A program made the translations under genes and the position numbers. Positions 7,989 through 20,000 of a stretch of DNA of 20,000 bases are shown here, one piece after another. The stretch is from Catajapyx aquilonaris (taxonomy: Eukaryota): assembly GCA_000934665.2 (NCBI GenBank), contig JYFJ02001408.1, positions 61,311 to 81,310 of the forward strand, in the 5' to 3' direction. Below the pieces are notes generated by a model. That model worked only from the letters and a program-made list of their open reading frames with translations, made no database searches and was not told where the DNA came from. The first letter of the stretch is position 1, and the number at the start of each line of letters is the position of its first letter.

Positions 7989-10900
7989 TTGTCTGCCGCC
8001 CCCGCCCCTGTCTCCGGGTCGACCTGGAGAAACAGCCTGGCAATTACTAGTGTTGCGTCTCGTCAACACCAAACATCAATCAAGTCTCACCCCCCTCAAC
8101 CCTGCCACTTCCCTCTTTTATATTGGGAGCCTCCACATGTGATGACTGACACCTGGCTGTTTCAGACCTGCTGACATGTCGGGAGGTCACAATGTGTGTA
8201 GGGAAAGGTCGAGGTTCAAAATCGCTAGTGGAATGCTACAGGTGATAAAAAATGTGGTGTTGACATATCCAGAAATATAAACTTTCCCTTCTCTATTTGC
8301 TGACAAAGTCCATAAACATCTTTCTCCTAATAAGCTTATTCTCTCTGTCGGATGTTTTTCCCTAGCTGATAGTATCGCTATCTCTCGCACGACCTGAGGG
8401 TGGCGGAAGTGTGCAGAGGGAGTGTGCGCCATCTATGCGTGAAGAACAGTACTACGTGGTAAATCGGCGGGCCATCGCATTTAATTGTCATTTTCATACG
8501 GATTACAGGTTTTGCCAAATTTTGAAATTGGGTTCACTATAGTACAGTAAATATTGTAATTACATATTACAGAGCGACTGTAATGCAGTGGCATATTCAA
8601 TATGGTGTGACATGGTGAGTGAAATTTAGGGAAGGTCGCGGTTGGCACCAAAATGAGAGGGGATCGTAAATCGTCCAAAACATATCGTAAATTTATTTGG
8701 GCGCAGCACAAACAGCAGATAGTTTCGCCAATAAAAACGTGACCAGAAAAAAAATATAGTAGCAGCCGGATTACAATATTGGGGGGGTCGCCATAAATTT
8801 CACCAGTGGGATAATCATTGCTGGTGATGTGCGTCCAATAATACAGACCCATCATAGATCGTACGACACGAAATTCTTCCATCCAACATTCATAGTCGCG
8901 TGTGGTCGCTCCAAAGATGTGGGTTTATAACGACGGACCTACCGCCATTTATTAACACCATGACGGGACATTGTTCGAATTCAAGAAAAATTTTCGCAAA
9001 CTCTGACGCAGAACTGATTCGGTCACGATGCAGGAAAAAAAGCAAAGGAAGGATGCAACTTTTTTTTCACAAATAAATAACATCTGGATTTGAAACTGGA
9101 CGTGCGGCCTAGCTGGGAACAAAGAGAGATATCCATCTTGTGAGGATGAGGCAAGGAAATTACCAGATCCGGCAGCGCAAATCGAGTTTAATTCCTGGGT
9201 CCCGTCGCATTTCGGTTTTTCAAAAGCTGACGCTATGTGAAGGCTTCCTTAAAAGCACACATATAACAAAAAAAGGAGGATGAATGGGAAGAAAACGAAG
9301 CTTTTTCAAGTCAGAGTCGTGGAGCCGACGTATTTATTACCTTGGAATCTATTGTGGACACCTCCTCAACACTTGGTAATTTGTGGTCATCCTTCTAAAG
9401 TCGGGGCCAGGTAACAGAAGGGGGATTATACGAACTAAAAAGAGAAAAAAAAAATCCTTCCCCCCCCCCTTTCTTATCCCCAATGAGCTCCAAGCACGGC
9501 ACTTTGCGAAGCCAATCATTAATCACGTCCAATTATATGACACAACTCTTTGCAATTTTTGGTGACACTTTTTTTCTACCGCCAATTAGCGGGATTTAGT
9601 ACCGTTAAAGCAGCAGGTGCAGATTTCGCACACAGGTAGGTGATACAATTCATAATTGCGTTTGATCTGAGCAGCGCACCTGGATCAAAATTGCAGTTAC
9701 ATCCCGCCTTCAAAAGCGGCTCAAAAAAGGGGTTTAAGGGAAGGTGCGAAGTCCTCCACCCGAGACACCCCCCACCACTCTTAAGATGAATAAAAAGAGC
9801 AAAAAAAAGCTGCTTCCACGACTTCACAGGACCGGTCCGCACTTGTAATTAGGGCTATGAAGGTCTATAATAACACATAGGCCGGCCGTTTATCTCCCAT
9901 TACATCTGACGCGGGCCTGTTAATCTCGTCCTGTCGGAACTAGAAATACGGATAATTACAACGCTCCTCTTCTTCTCATCCGTCTCTCTCGACTGCGCCC
10001 AGCAACAATTGAGCATAAATGCGAGTGAGATGCGAAAAACCAAGTCGGTATACCAATAAAATAATGATGTGGGCCAGTGTCGCCATCTACCGAGCAACTT
10101 GGATTTTTAGAGCAGGTTTGATTCATCCTTAAGGTTGAACCAAAATTAAACGGCGTTTAATGAGGTAGACACCGTTTCTGTTTCAACCGCAGGTTATTAA
10201 TTGCTGGAGCGATAATTTGGGCATTAAAACCGGCCCATTATTTTCTCAAAGAAGAGGAAAGAATGCAAAGACGAGAGGAGGAGACATCACGAATGAGAAA
10301 GAGAGATGACAAGCTTATCAAGCGATGAGAGTGGCTCGTTCTTTATGGCTGCTAAAAGCCTTCCCAAGATGAGATTGCGCTAGAGTTTTACTGCGATGTA
10401 ATCAAAGGAAACGGGAGGAAAGGATCACTCTCAAGCCTTCTAGACAACCCGTGGAATAAAAATGTTTCAGGCATATTTTGTAACTCATATATGATTGGTT
10501 CAAACCAGAAATTCTAGCATGACCATCATATTGTTATTTTTTCATTGCCAATGGAATAACCAGTGTTAATATTTCAATTAGCACCGTCCACATCGCACGG
10601 TTGCAATTAAGCAGTTTACAGGCAAGCCTGGGTGTAACGGCCCCGGTGTGTTTACGCTCTAAAAGGGAGACACCTATTTCGTGACCAGCCTTTTAAAATT
10701 GGCATGCAGAAGTCTCTCTGCATGCTTCTGAGGAGTCCTCAACATTGCAATGTCGAAATCAGGTGAGCAATAATTAAGACCTCTATCTCCCCTGAGGGCG
10801 AGTCTGCCTGCGAAAGACGATATATGCATCAGAGTTTTAAGAAAACAGGTTTGGTTCGCACGTGGAATATGCGGAAAATCCCGCCTTTTCTTGCCCATTC

Positions 10901-12113
10901 TTGCCCATTGGTCCTAATTGGGGAGAAGAGAATAAGTCGAAAGGGCCGAGGTCTCATCGGCGGCAACACCGGTCGGAACTGGAGGCGATAAAGGAACATG
11001 GATGCCGCCTAAATTAAAGGGCGGCAGCTGGGATCCTTTAGTTTTTTACTAGCTAATGAAATTGATTAGGGACAGCCTTGTTATCAAGCCTAAACTACCG
11101 TCCAGTGCAGGCTGCGCCCCGGCCAGTGAGGACCAATCAGGTTTTATTCTGTTTGAAATGCGTATCACCGACTGTTTTCAAGGCGCCAGCATACACCAGC
11201 AAGCATCATATAAAACTGCTACCACATAAATCGTTGAATTACACCAACCTGTATAAATTTTTTTGCACGGTCACCTTATTACCTGATCCACATCGTAGGC
11301 CTACCAATGAATTTATCAGGCACAAAACCAGGATGTACAAAATACTTGATGCAAAGCTTCGTGCTTATGTGAAATAATTTCCGGAACGTCCCTGATGGTT
11401 CCGGAAATGAATTTCTCCCCCCTTTCCTCCCAAGATATATCTCCAAAAGGCGGAGCTAATATCTCACCCATTTGATGCGCCGCTTAATTGCCCGCATTCT
11501 CTTTTCCGCAGCTAACCGAGCACATTGGTTTTTTTCCCCCTCCTATCTCTATATAATATTCTCCGGATGTGGGATTGAGACATCATCTTTTTGGCCTCCG
11601 GAACTGACAACCCTGCGTCCACAACAACAAAAAAAATAATCATTGTTTCATTATTTTAATTAAGCATATATCCCGCTTTCATGTCACGGGCTCATTTTTT
11701 GTACTTCTTATATTCGGCGGGGGGAACACATTTAGCAAAACGGCTGGGGACCCTATTGTACTGGGCCCTGGAAAATTTATGATAGCGGGGCCAACTTCGG
11801 GAAGGGACTAATGAAAGGTGTGAATTTATAGCCAGCAGGAAGGATTCGATGTGAGGGGATATACACTACTTCTAATGCCTTTTTCATTGTCAGCTCCACG
11901 ACCTCCTTTTCTTCCATTATTATTCCTTCAACAACGACTCCAAGGTACAAATCATTCGCCAATGATATAGGCCGCATCATCAGCCCATGGCAATATCCAA
12001 CAAAAGAATAACTCCGAGTGTGTATAGCCGCTAAAATTAGTTACTTGATCTGGTGATTTTAAGTGAGCGCGAGCATGCAAAGTCGTGTGATTGATTTCTG
12101 GTGTGGGGGGGGG

Positions 12114-12206
12114 GGGTGGACAATGGACCCACTTTTGACATGATGGCTGGATTCGTCGCGTATATTGTCAAAAGGGGGGGTCTCCAGGACGCCGAACTGT
12201 CCACCC
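12114..12206. repeat. About 93-bp imperfect nested inverted repeat (MITE-like or hairpin)
   Basis: GGGTGGACA (12114-12122) pairs with TGTCCACCC (12198-12206); CTTTTGACA (12132-12140) pairs with TGTCAAAAG (12166-12174). Confidence 0.5.
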
Positions 12207-13609
12207 TCTAAGTAATGAAAATTTGATCGAGGGGACGGATGTTTGTTATTCCCCGCTGGTTTTTCACGTCAGGTCATGTCTTAATCAAGGCCTCTCTATA
12301 TTATGGGCTCATTCTTTCCGAATCTACATAGTTTAAAAGAGTACGCTAGTAGATAAGAGGCAACAGATGCAGATATTGTGGAGTAATCATCTGCTGCTTC
12401 TAATTCATAAATTCCTTGCACACTGTATACAGCACTAATGAAATCAGGCCCACCCAGCATGCAGATGTATGTTCTGCTCATTTATATCCTGCAGGCCCCA
12501 TATGGCAAGCCTCACACGATTGATCTGGGTCAGGCAATGACAACTGCGCCGGTCGAGTATGAAGCCGGGGCAGTACAATAAAACTTCGCAATTAGAGGTT
12601 CGCCATTTTGCCTACTCATCCGGCATTTTGACCAAACCAGGAAGGGCAGCCACGTGTTACAATCATCCAAAAAAAACGTCATCTGCTGTTGTACAGGACA
12701 ACTCCCCTTTCGCATTTCTAAAAAAATATATAGATAACAAAGGGTTTGGTAAAAACCGCTTGGATTGGTAAATATGGTGTAGCCCTATAAGTCCTATTTG
12801 TCGGTCTGTGACCCGGCGCCACATGGCGGTTTCACAGCCGTGTATACACACATTGTGTCCATTTTTTTTATCTGCGGATGCCCCACCCCCTGAAAAAGAT
12901 GCTCAATTAGGATTTGCAGATGGCAAGTTATGAAGTTGAAACCGCGACCGATGGGTTTCGCCGGTTCTCTTTTACATCAAAGAAAAAAAGGCGCAGGTCC
13001 CGGTCGCCATTGTGGTTCCAAATGCATGCCAAAAAGTTCTTATTTGCGCTCGCGGAATCGTGACGACAGAATAGACCACTTCCTTCCTCCTCCTCAAAAA
13101 ACGCGATTGGTCACTTTTACACATCCGGCTTTGCTATTCTATCACGGAATAATTGCAAACCGTTAAACCCCCTTGATGGAAACACAGCCTGGCTACAAAT
13201 TTGAGGCATTATCCCCAAACACGGGGGGGGGGGAATGAATCGCTTAGTGGACAAACCCAATGGCTGAAAAAAATGCACTGGTGTGTGAAGATTTTCATGG
13301 GACGTGGATGGTGGTTGTTCGTCGAATTTGCACACAAAAACTGTTGGCCATTGGTGGACTGGATGCAGGAAATGGGCTGTGCCAAAAGGGGGGACTGGGG
13401 GGGGGGGAGGAGGTTTTGCAAATTGCATTTCGGACGGTTCGATTTGGGGGGGACCATCGGCTCTTCGTTTCAAATGAACGAGGTGTTACGGCCCCTGTTA
13501 AAGTTGTCCACTTTTGGGGAGGATCGAATCAACCGGATGATTCGATGCAACGAACGCAGACCAAATACGTTTTTACGCCTGTTCAAAAGAGTTATGGGGC
13601 AAGTACATA

Positions 13610-13640
13610 TACAGGGTGTGTCGTAATAAACGGTCTGTTA
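13610..13640 (+). mobile_element. Tc1/mariner-like terminus remnant (TA + CAGGGTGT...)
   Basis: TACAGGGTGT at 13610-13619 resembles ends of arthropod Tc1/mariner-superfamily elements with a TA target site. No convincing partner TIR and no transposase. Confidence 0.35.
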
Positions 13641-15730
13641 TTTTGGTCTTTGGATCTTAAATCACTAAGAAATTGATTCAAACACAAATATCCGTATACG
13701 ACCTTCCATTTTCATGTAAATTCAACCGTTTCATTTTAATCTCATTAGGTGTATGGCTGATGCAAGTGTCCGTAATGGTGTAATGAGCTTTTTGATTAAT
13801 GCGAAGTATCTCAAAGTTGATGTGGGAAATCATCTCTTCACCCTATAAAAGGATGTTGGTCTTATATTGGAACATCCTGTACATGATGTACAGTGTACAC
13901 GCCTTGTTCTGCGTTACAAATGGCCACGAGATGTTCATGCTTCTTAAGCACCACAGACTTGAGTCATTACACTTGTTACAGAAAACTGGATAAGATAAAA
14001 AAATAATAATAATGGAGGAGGGGGGTAGGAAGGGTTAGTTTCTAGACAGGTTTACATGCCATATAGGAGAAAACTCCTATTTCCTCATCACATTGCGTGA
14101 AGACTCAGGAAGCTCCCCTGCTGTTAATTCGTCCCTGTTAAATTCTCCATGCCTGTCCTCCTGACACCTGATTGTGGATCGTCACTGGAATCTCCACCTT
14201 TCGGTAGGCAATAAAGATGGCCGAATTGTGCCGCCAACTGGTTTCTTTTTGCTGTACGTGCCGGAAAAAGTGTTCGGAACAATTATTTGATGAAGTATAG
14301 GGGAATGAACCGCGGGTGGGAGGATTGATGGGTACAAAAAGATGCTTAAGTGCGAGGATGCATGATATGAGACAAGCTCACGCGATTACTGCTCTATAAT
14401 TATAGACATAGAAATTTATAGGGTTGTTGCGTTTTGTAAATCTGTGCCAACCGTATATGCAAAGTGCCACGTTTTCATACAGAAAATTGGCAAAGAGAAA
14501 TCCAGTCATTTGATTCTGTCGCAGCCGTGGAATTCTCGCATACTTGGAGCTAATTAGCCAATTGTTTTTAGGAGGGCTGGAGCCAATTAATAATGCCCAC
14601 CCAACACTGCACTAATTGAATGCGAAAGTGCGCATATACATTTCGCTCCTTTCAATTACCATCCGCGCAATCTATACCAGAATCTGCGCCCAATTAATAA
14701 TCCGGCATTCATTTCATACCCGCTCCCTGGGAACGTTTTCTTCCAATTAACTAAAAGCAGCATTGCATGCTCCCTGGGTAACTGACTCCAAAAAACAACG
14801 GGTGTTATTTCCCTTTACACTTTGCCACCTATTTCACAATTACTCTCACCTTTTAAAAGCGGTCTGGTTTCCTCTCACTTTGACCAGAATGCCTCGAGTG
14901 TCGCTGAGGTGTGAAGATGACTGGAAAAAAATCAGCAGAGAATATATCATGCAAATAAGCCGCATGTGACACATGAGCTAATGAGCACTTCACACAGGCG
15001 TTTCCTTTCACGGGCCGCATGTTTCTCTTTTGGAAACCATTACAAAATAGATGTAAGTAGAGTCTCCTCCCATTTATTTTGTAAGGCGGCCTATTGGCTG
15101 AGTGGGCAATTATCCCTCTACCAAGCCGTTTAATGATGGGGGAGAGTTGTGTTTCAAATGAGGCGAACTATATGGACCACCCTGTGTAAAATGGCCTGAG
15201 TCAAATTGCTCATTTTGCTGACACTTTCCAAGCCTAAAAAATGGACGTTATTTCAATAAAATGTAGCGAGAGCTTGGCTTGTATAATTTTGTAGAAAAAC
15301 AACGGATCAGACACATTTTTCATTGTAAAAATATTTTTCAGCGTGGGTGAGCATCATTCCATCCAATCCAAACACTAATGTCTACAAACATCGGTTATTA
15401 TCAACCCTTGGCCAGATGTTAGTGGCTGGAATTATACGAAATAAACCGCCCCAATCGCCTCCGTGTGTGTGTGTGCGCATTTCCTGCACTATTTTAAGTC
15501 TCCCCCCCACGTATTAGCATGATATAAAACGTGCCCAATTAGAGGTGCTAAATCGCCATCTTGGATCGAATCCTGATGTTTTTTTTATTTCATTTTTTTT
15601 GAGAAGTAGAAGACACTGACTGGGGTGGTTTCAGAGATAGAAAAATGAATGAGTGAGCTAATTTGTGCTTCAGTCAGCCTAGGTGAGGTTGGACCTCCGA
15701 CACACGATCCGGTCTTTCTTCCACCCCTCT

Positions 15731-15775
15731 GGGGAGTGGAGGGGTGGGTTGGGAGGAAGGATGGGAGGAGGGGGG
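15731..15775 (+). other. Potential G-quadruplex-forming tract
   Basis: GGGG-agtgga-GGGG-t-GGG-tt-GGG-aggaaggat-GGG-agga-GGGGGG: six runs of at least 3 G. Confidence 0.5.
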
Positions 15776-18700
15776 NCACCTTTTTATCGCACCCGCTAAT
15801 AATTGCTGGCCATATAAGGAAGCAGAAAGGGATCCCGCCTGCTCTGTGTGGGGTTGGGCCTGAGCCTCTCCTTATTCTTTGCGCTCTTTGCTTTCATTCG
15901 GGAAGAGGGAGAGATAAAACCGATCCTAATGACGTCACATTTTGGTACTAACTCGGCTAATGACATGTTTTACAATCGGTAAGTACTTGGGCACTGGGAT
16001 ACACCGAATAATTAATAAATTACGCGGACAAGTAAATGTTATGACGAATGGTCAGATGCACGTAATGATGAAATAAATAACAATGCAGTATTTTAATTTT
16101 AATATACCATAATAATGCCAATGCCTCATTTTGAGTTATGCCATCGTTTAAGAAAAATCAATTGCCGCCAATATATTACATAAGTCATTCACGGATAAAA
16201 TATGTTCTCCAAGAACAACAGATGCAAAGTCCACAACAAACTTACGGAAAAAGTACTATTGTAATGTGACCACACTGAAGCGGGGTCGAAAAACTCAGCA
16301 ATTATTTACAGCACAATCATCATGGCGTATAGTTTGCGACAGTGCTGCATTGGAAAACTCAATTGATTCTTCTCATGAAAGTCCCATTATACGTATTGTC
16401 ATCCTATATTGCAAGAGCAGTGATGGCTGGTTTCCGGTAAAAGGGAACAAATACCACGGTGTACCGATAAAGTACAAAAGAGACATCTTCCAGGAAGCGA
16501 ATTATTTGGAAATGAAATGACGACAAATAATAAGAATGGCACAAGCGCATTGCGTGTCACTCTGATTCCAGTTATTCTGAATTGCTCCGTAACAATAGCC
16601 AGACGCCATCATTCTCAGTACATGTAAGCCATCCTTTGTACAAGAAAAAAAAAACATAATGGCATAAGTGAAGCTCAAATAATACAGTGCCTATATCCTG
16701 TATATACTCTCTTGGTTTGGCGACCTTCCTGCCGGCAATTTGAAATTGTTTTCTTTTTTCTTTCAAATCTCAACATTTTCAACATCCGCGCAAGTGGTTT
16801 GTGGTTTATTCTTCTTTCCCTTTTTTTAGTGGAGTAGTCGCAATGCATGTCATCAAGAAAAGTGCCCTGGAGTATTAATAATAATTAGGGAGCTCAGGAG
16901 GAAGAGCAGATGTTCACACGGGGAATTACACATCACATGAGGAAAGGGACACGCACTTGTGCAATTTTGGTCTGTCATGTGGGTGGATAATTTGCCTAAA
17001 ACTTATGTTCGCACTCAATGATATGACCATTGAAAGGTAATGCGGTTTTTATGAATAATGTTTATCATTTTTTTTACAGATCGAAGTTGTACACCTTGAA
17101 CATGAGTCATATTAGTATGCCAGATGTAATAAGAAAGCGTTTAAAGTTAATTTACCATAGTATCAATTTATTTCCTGCACAAAATTTGGACGAGCAGCGT
17201 TTTCGTCATTCGTTTAATTTGTAAAATCCACCTGAGAAAAAAAGGGGGCATGTAAACCAGTATTTTATCAACGAATTTATTTCAAAATAATATTTTTGCT
17301 TAAAATGGGTTCACTTTCAAAATAAGTCACTTTAAAGACCTCATTAGTTCCAGCTATTTGTCGATTTCCTCGCCAGATAACAATTTTCCTTCTCAAAGAA
17401 GTCCTTACATTGGCGTGTCCGTATCTCATCACTTGTCGGACTCTTGATAACACTGCTTATATAACTTATCTTATGTTTACAACTGCACAGTAAATGCCTA
17501 TTTCAGAAAGAAGGATGGCGTCTGAGAAAAGGCCACTCAAAAGTGGACTATAACAAACGCAACGGCGACATAGGCCTATGAGTGTCATTGGTGTACAAGT
17601 ATAGTGTGCTTTAACGTATACAGTAAAACATGTGCCTTATTGGCAGATAAAGTGAAGTATAAGTTCATTCACACCATATAATGCACTAAAATGTGCATTG
17701 GAAGAGCAGTAAGGAATTACAAACAACAGATATTTTTACAAACATAATTGTACTGTTGAAACATGTACGAAAAATATGCGTAATAGATAAATACCTAACA
17801 TGCCCTGTACATTATTTAAATATTTTTTTGACATTTGTGGGATGTGTGCAATGTCCTCTTACCCCTTCCGTGATGCACATGCAGTTTTGTGTACGTACTT
17901 GCGCATCAAAATTAGCCTATATTTATTATGACATCCCACAGGGGGAATTACGCATCCATCGCCCACCTGCTGTGGTAAGGATTCATTAGATATTATTATC
18001 CACTATTTATTTCTAACTTTTAAATCGAAGAGACATATAGTTTCATTTTTATACTTGTTTGCAAATAAATTACTAAAAATAGCACGCAAAAATTACACAC
18101 ATTGATTTTCTGTCATTGCATACAGGAAATGCGATGCACTTCTAAACTAATTTGACAAAGCAAAACATCTGGTGGACCAGCAATGTTATAGGCCTATTCT
18201 TTACAATGGTAACAAAACCACACTCAATGTGCGAGTTATTGCCGAGATGATGCGCTGGGATTATCTTAACTGCATTTGGTCTTTGAGATTTAAAAGATAT
18301 CTGGGTTCGAGAGTGCTGTTTTCTATTTGCCAATCATAAAGGACAACAATAAATTCGGAATAAAATTGCATTATTTGCATTCATTTAAAATAATGATAAT
18401 GAAATTACTATAATGACTGCTTCTTCGACTCACCATAAACACTCATAAAGTTACGCGTCAAGTTAACTATTAGTTCAAGCAACCAACATTAACTGTGGAA
18501 TTGTAAAATTAAATTGCCGAAAATTTTGCAGATGTCAACGAAGAGCATTTCATTCTAGCAGCGCATTAAATACAGCAAATTCTTTCCGAAATGTTATAAT
18601 TATTGGAAACACAAAACTCAGCATAACTTACATGCATATTGCAAAATCGGTTAACTTATGACTTGAATTTTTAATATCATATTTAAGAATAATTGGTATA

Positions 18701-19099
18701 GGTACAAAGGACCTTTGCAATAGACATTAGACATTACAATGAACTCTCTGGACCAGAGTTCCTCTGTTTCTTAAAAACTTCCACACTGAACCGACTTATT
18801 ACATTATACAGGCTAAATAAGTCCTTTTTCTCTTATCTAGAATGTAGCAAAGAGCAGCAAAGGCCCCTTTCAGGATTGATTTTGTTGTTAGGTGCAATAT
18901 AATTGTTATTCAGAGTTGTTCCTAATAATATTATCATATGAAAGTTTTAAATGTTCTCTGAATCATAGTAAAAGCGCTTTGAAATGAATTTGAGAATTTG
19001 CAAATTTTCCGCATTGAAATGGCCACAGAAGGTGCCAGTATAAACCTGCCACAATTTTACAACAATGGTATAGATTATTGTCATTGTTCACTTAAACCT

Positions 19100-19206
19100 G
19101 CACTATAGGAAAACCCTCTCTAATACTCTCGCATTTTCCTAGGGCGCTGGCCTATAGAAAACCACTCGCTTCGCTCGCTCTTTTCTAGGCCTGCGGCCTA
19201 CAGTGC
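19100..19206. repeat. Structured palindromic element: two related units, nested hairpins; probable non-autonomous TE remnant
   Basis: Arms tagggcgctggcctatagaaaa (19140-19161) and ttttctaggcctgcggccta (19181-19200) enclose ccactcgcttcgctcgctc. Outer gcactatagg (19100-19109) pairs 9/10 with cctacagtgc (19197-19206). Confidence 0.55.
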
Positions 19207-19419
19207 CCACCATATTCTCAATCGCTTCGGACTTATATTGCCAGTGATGATGCCAATCATATTCAAACTCCCCCCCCCCCCCACCCGTTNACCCGTTCCT
19301 CCGTGCATTCACATATCCGTGATTCCCTATCCTGCGACCAATCTGCAATCCCGCACCTTTGCATTGTCTGGGAAATATGCATTATTTTGCCCACCTCAAC
19401 ATACCCATACCTTTGCAAT

Positions 19420-19445
19420 TAAAAACAAAACAAAACAAAAAAACA
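19420..19445. repeat. (AAAAC)n A-rich simple repeat
   Basis: taaaaacaaaacaaaacaaaaaaaac-like tract. Confidence 0.75.
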
Positions 19446-19619
19446 CAATTTATTATTGTACGAACAGAAATTCACAAGCTCTGCCTCCTCTACTCGCATG
19501 CACTCGCACACATGTATCTAAATAATTATATGCACCCTTTCGGACCACATTTTTCTAACTGCTCATAACTCCCCTTTATCATAAACAGCCAATGGAACTT
19601 GGCAGTGTCTGTATTAGAT

Positions 19620-19680
19620 CAGTGGTTCCCAACCTGGGGGTCGCGAATCCTTCTCCGTGGGGGTCGAGGGTGGCCGCGAT
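19620..19680 (+). mobile_element. Left end of a hAT (Buster/Charlie-like) DNA transposon or MITE
   Basis: CAGTGGTTCCCAACCTGGGGGTCGCG from 19620 matches the CAGTGGTT(C/T)(C/T)CAAC terminus typical of Buster/Charlie hATs. The preceding 8 bp, TATTAGAT (19612-19619), fit the nnnTAnnn target-site consensus. Right end not seen in the window, so the end coordinate is approximate. Confidence 0.65.
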
Positions 19681-20000
19681 TATTTTAATAAATTAAAAAT
19701 AACTACAATTTTAAAAAATTATATTAGACTATCAAAAACTGGTTTCATTCTTCCCCCCACTTTCTTTTGACGTTCTCGGCCTATCCTCGGGTTCAGTGTT
19801 GAATATCGCGGTTGAATATCGCGGCTAATCCTGCTTACCAACTCTTCCCACTGGGGATGCCAGTGAGTAAGGACCTCGTTTAAAAAACCGAAATTATTTT
19901 ACTTTGTTCATAAACGTCCATGGAGTTTGTGAGTGATGTAGCAGCACCTCAAGGGGGGAGGGGGTATATTACAATGGGGTAGCACTATTTTGCGCATTTT

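Noticed and set aside
8481..8925. Minus-strand 133-aa ORF with upstream in-frame HIFGATTRDYECW, vaguely like the RNA polymerase beta' IFGPxKDYEC motif
   Set aside because: The following Cys motif and any further similarity are missing, and there is no codon bias; likely chance.
13117..13676. Cluster of overlapping 82-141 aa ORFs on both strands
   Set aside because: Driven by G/C homopolymer-rich sequence; no recognisable protein features.
13612..15184. A complete ~1.6-kb Tc1/mariner element between CAGGGTG (13612) and CACCCTG (15178-15184)
   Set aside because: Inverted identity is only 7 bp, the right side is followed by TG rather than TA, and no transposase remnant is visible.
15554..15573. 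tRNA/B-box-like GGATCGAATCC next to YY1/Pho-like CGCCATCTTG
   Set aside because: No A-box or cloverleaf; isolated short motifs are expected by chance.
18150..18338. Open + frame FDKAKHLVDQQCY... faintly like a piggyBac catalytic region
   Set aside because: Lacks the GGVD motif and any flanking transposase sequence.
1..20000. CRISPR arrays, rRNA, tRNA or prokaryotic operons
   Set aside because: No regularly spaced repeats or RNA-gene signatures were seen, and the architecture is eukaryotic.

Overview
Eukaryotic, probably arthropod, genomic DNA (judged from protein similarity only). It holds one clear protein-coding gene and about 15 kb of downstream sequence with no recognisable coding exons. 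The gene is an intronless, GC-rich Shaker/Kv1-family voltage-gated K+ channel ORF on the + strand (probable ATG 3327, stop 4892, 521 aa), closely resembling Drosophila Shaker as I recall it. Its S4 voltage sensor is intact, but several normally invariant sites differ. The filter reads TVGYGG instead of TVGYGD, and the S6 gate reads TVPVIV instead of PVPVIV. It also has a 24-residue, two-cysteine turret loop, a remodelled T1 loop and a short C-terminus with no PDZ motif. Together these suggest a retroposed Shaker paralog acting as a regulatory/'silent' or functionally divergent subunit. The remainder contains transposon-end remnants (hAT/Buster-like, Tc1/mariner-like), small inverted-repeat elements, microsatellites, G/C runs and candidate cis-regulatory motifs. 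All comparisons with known proteins are from memory, not from a database search.
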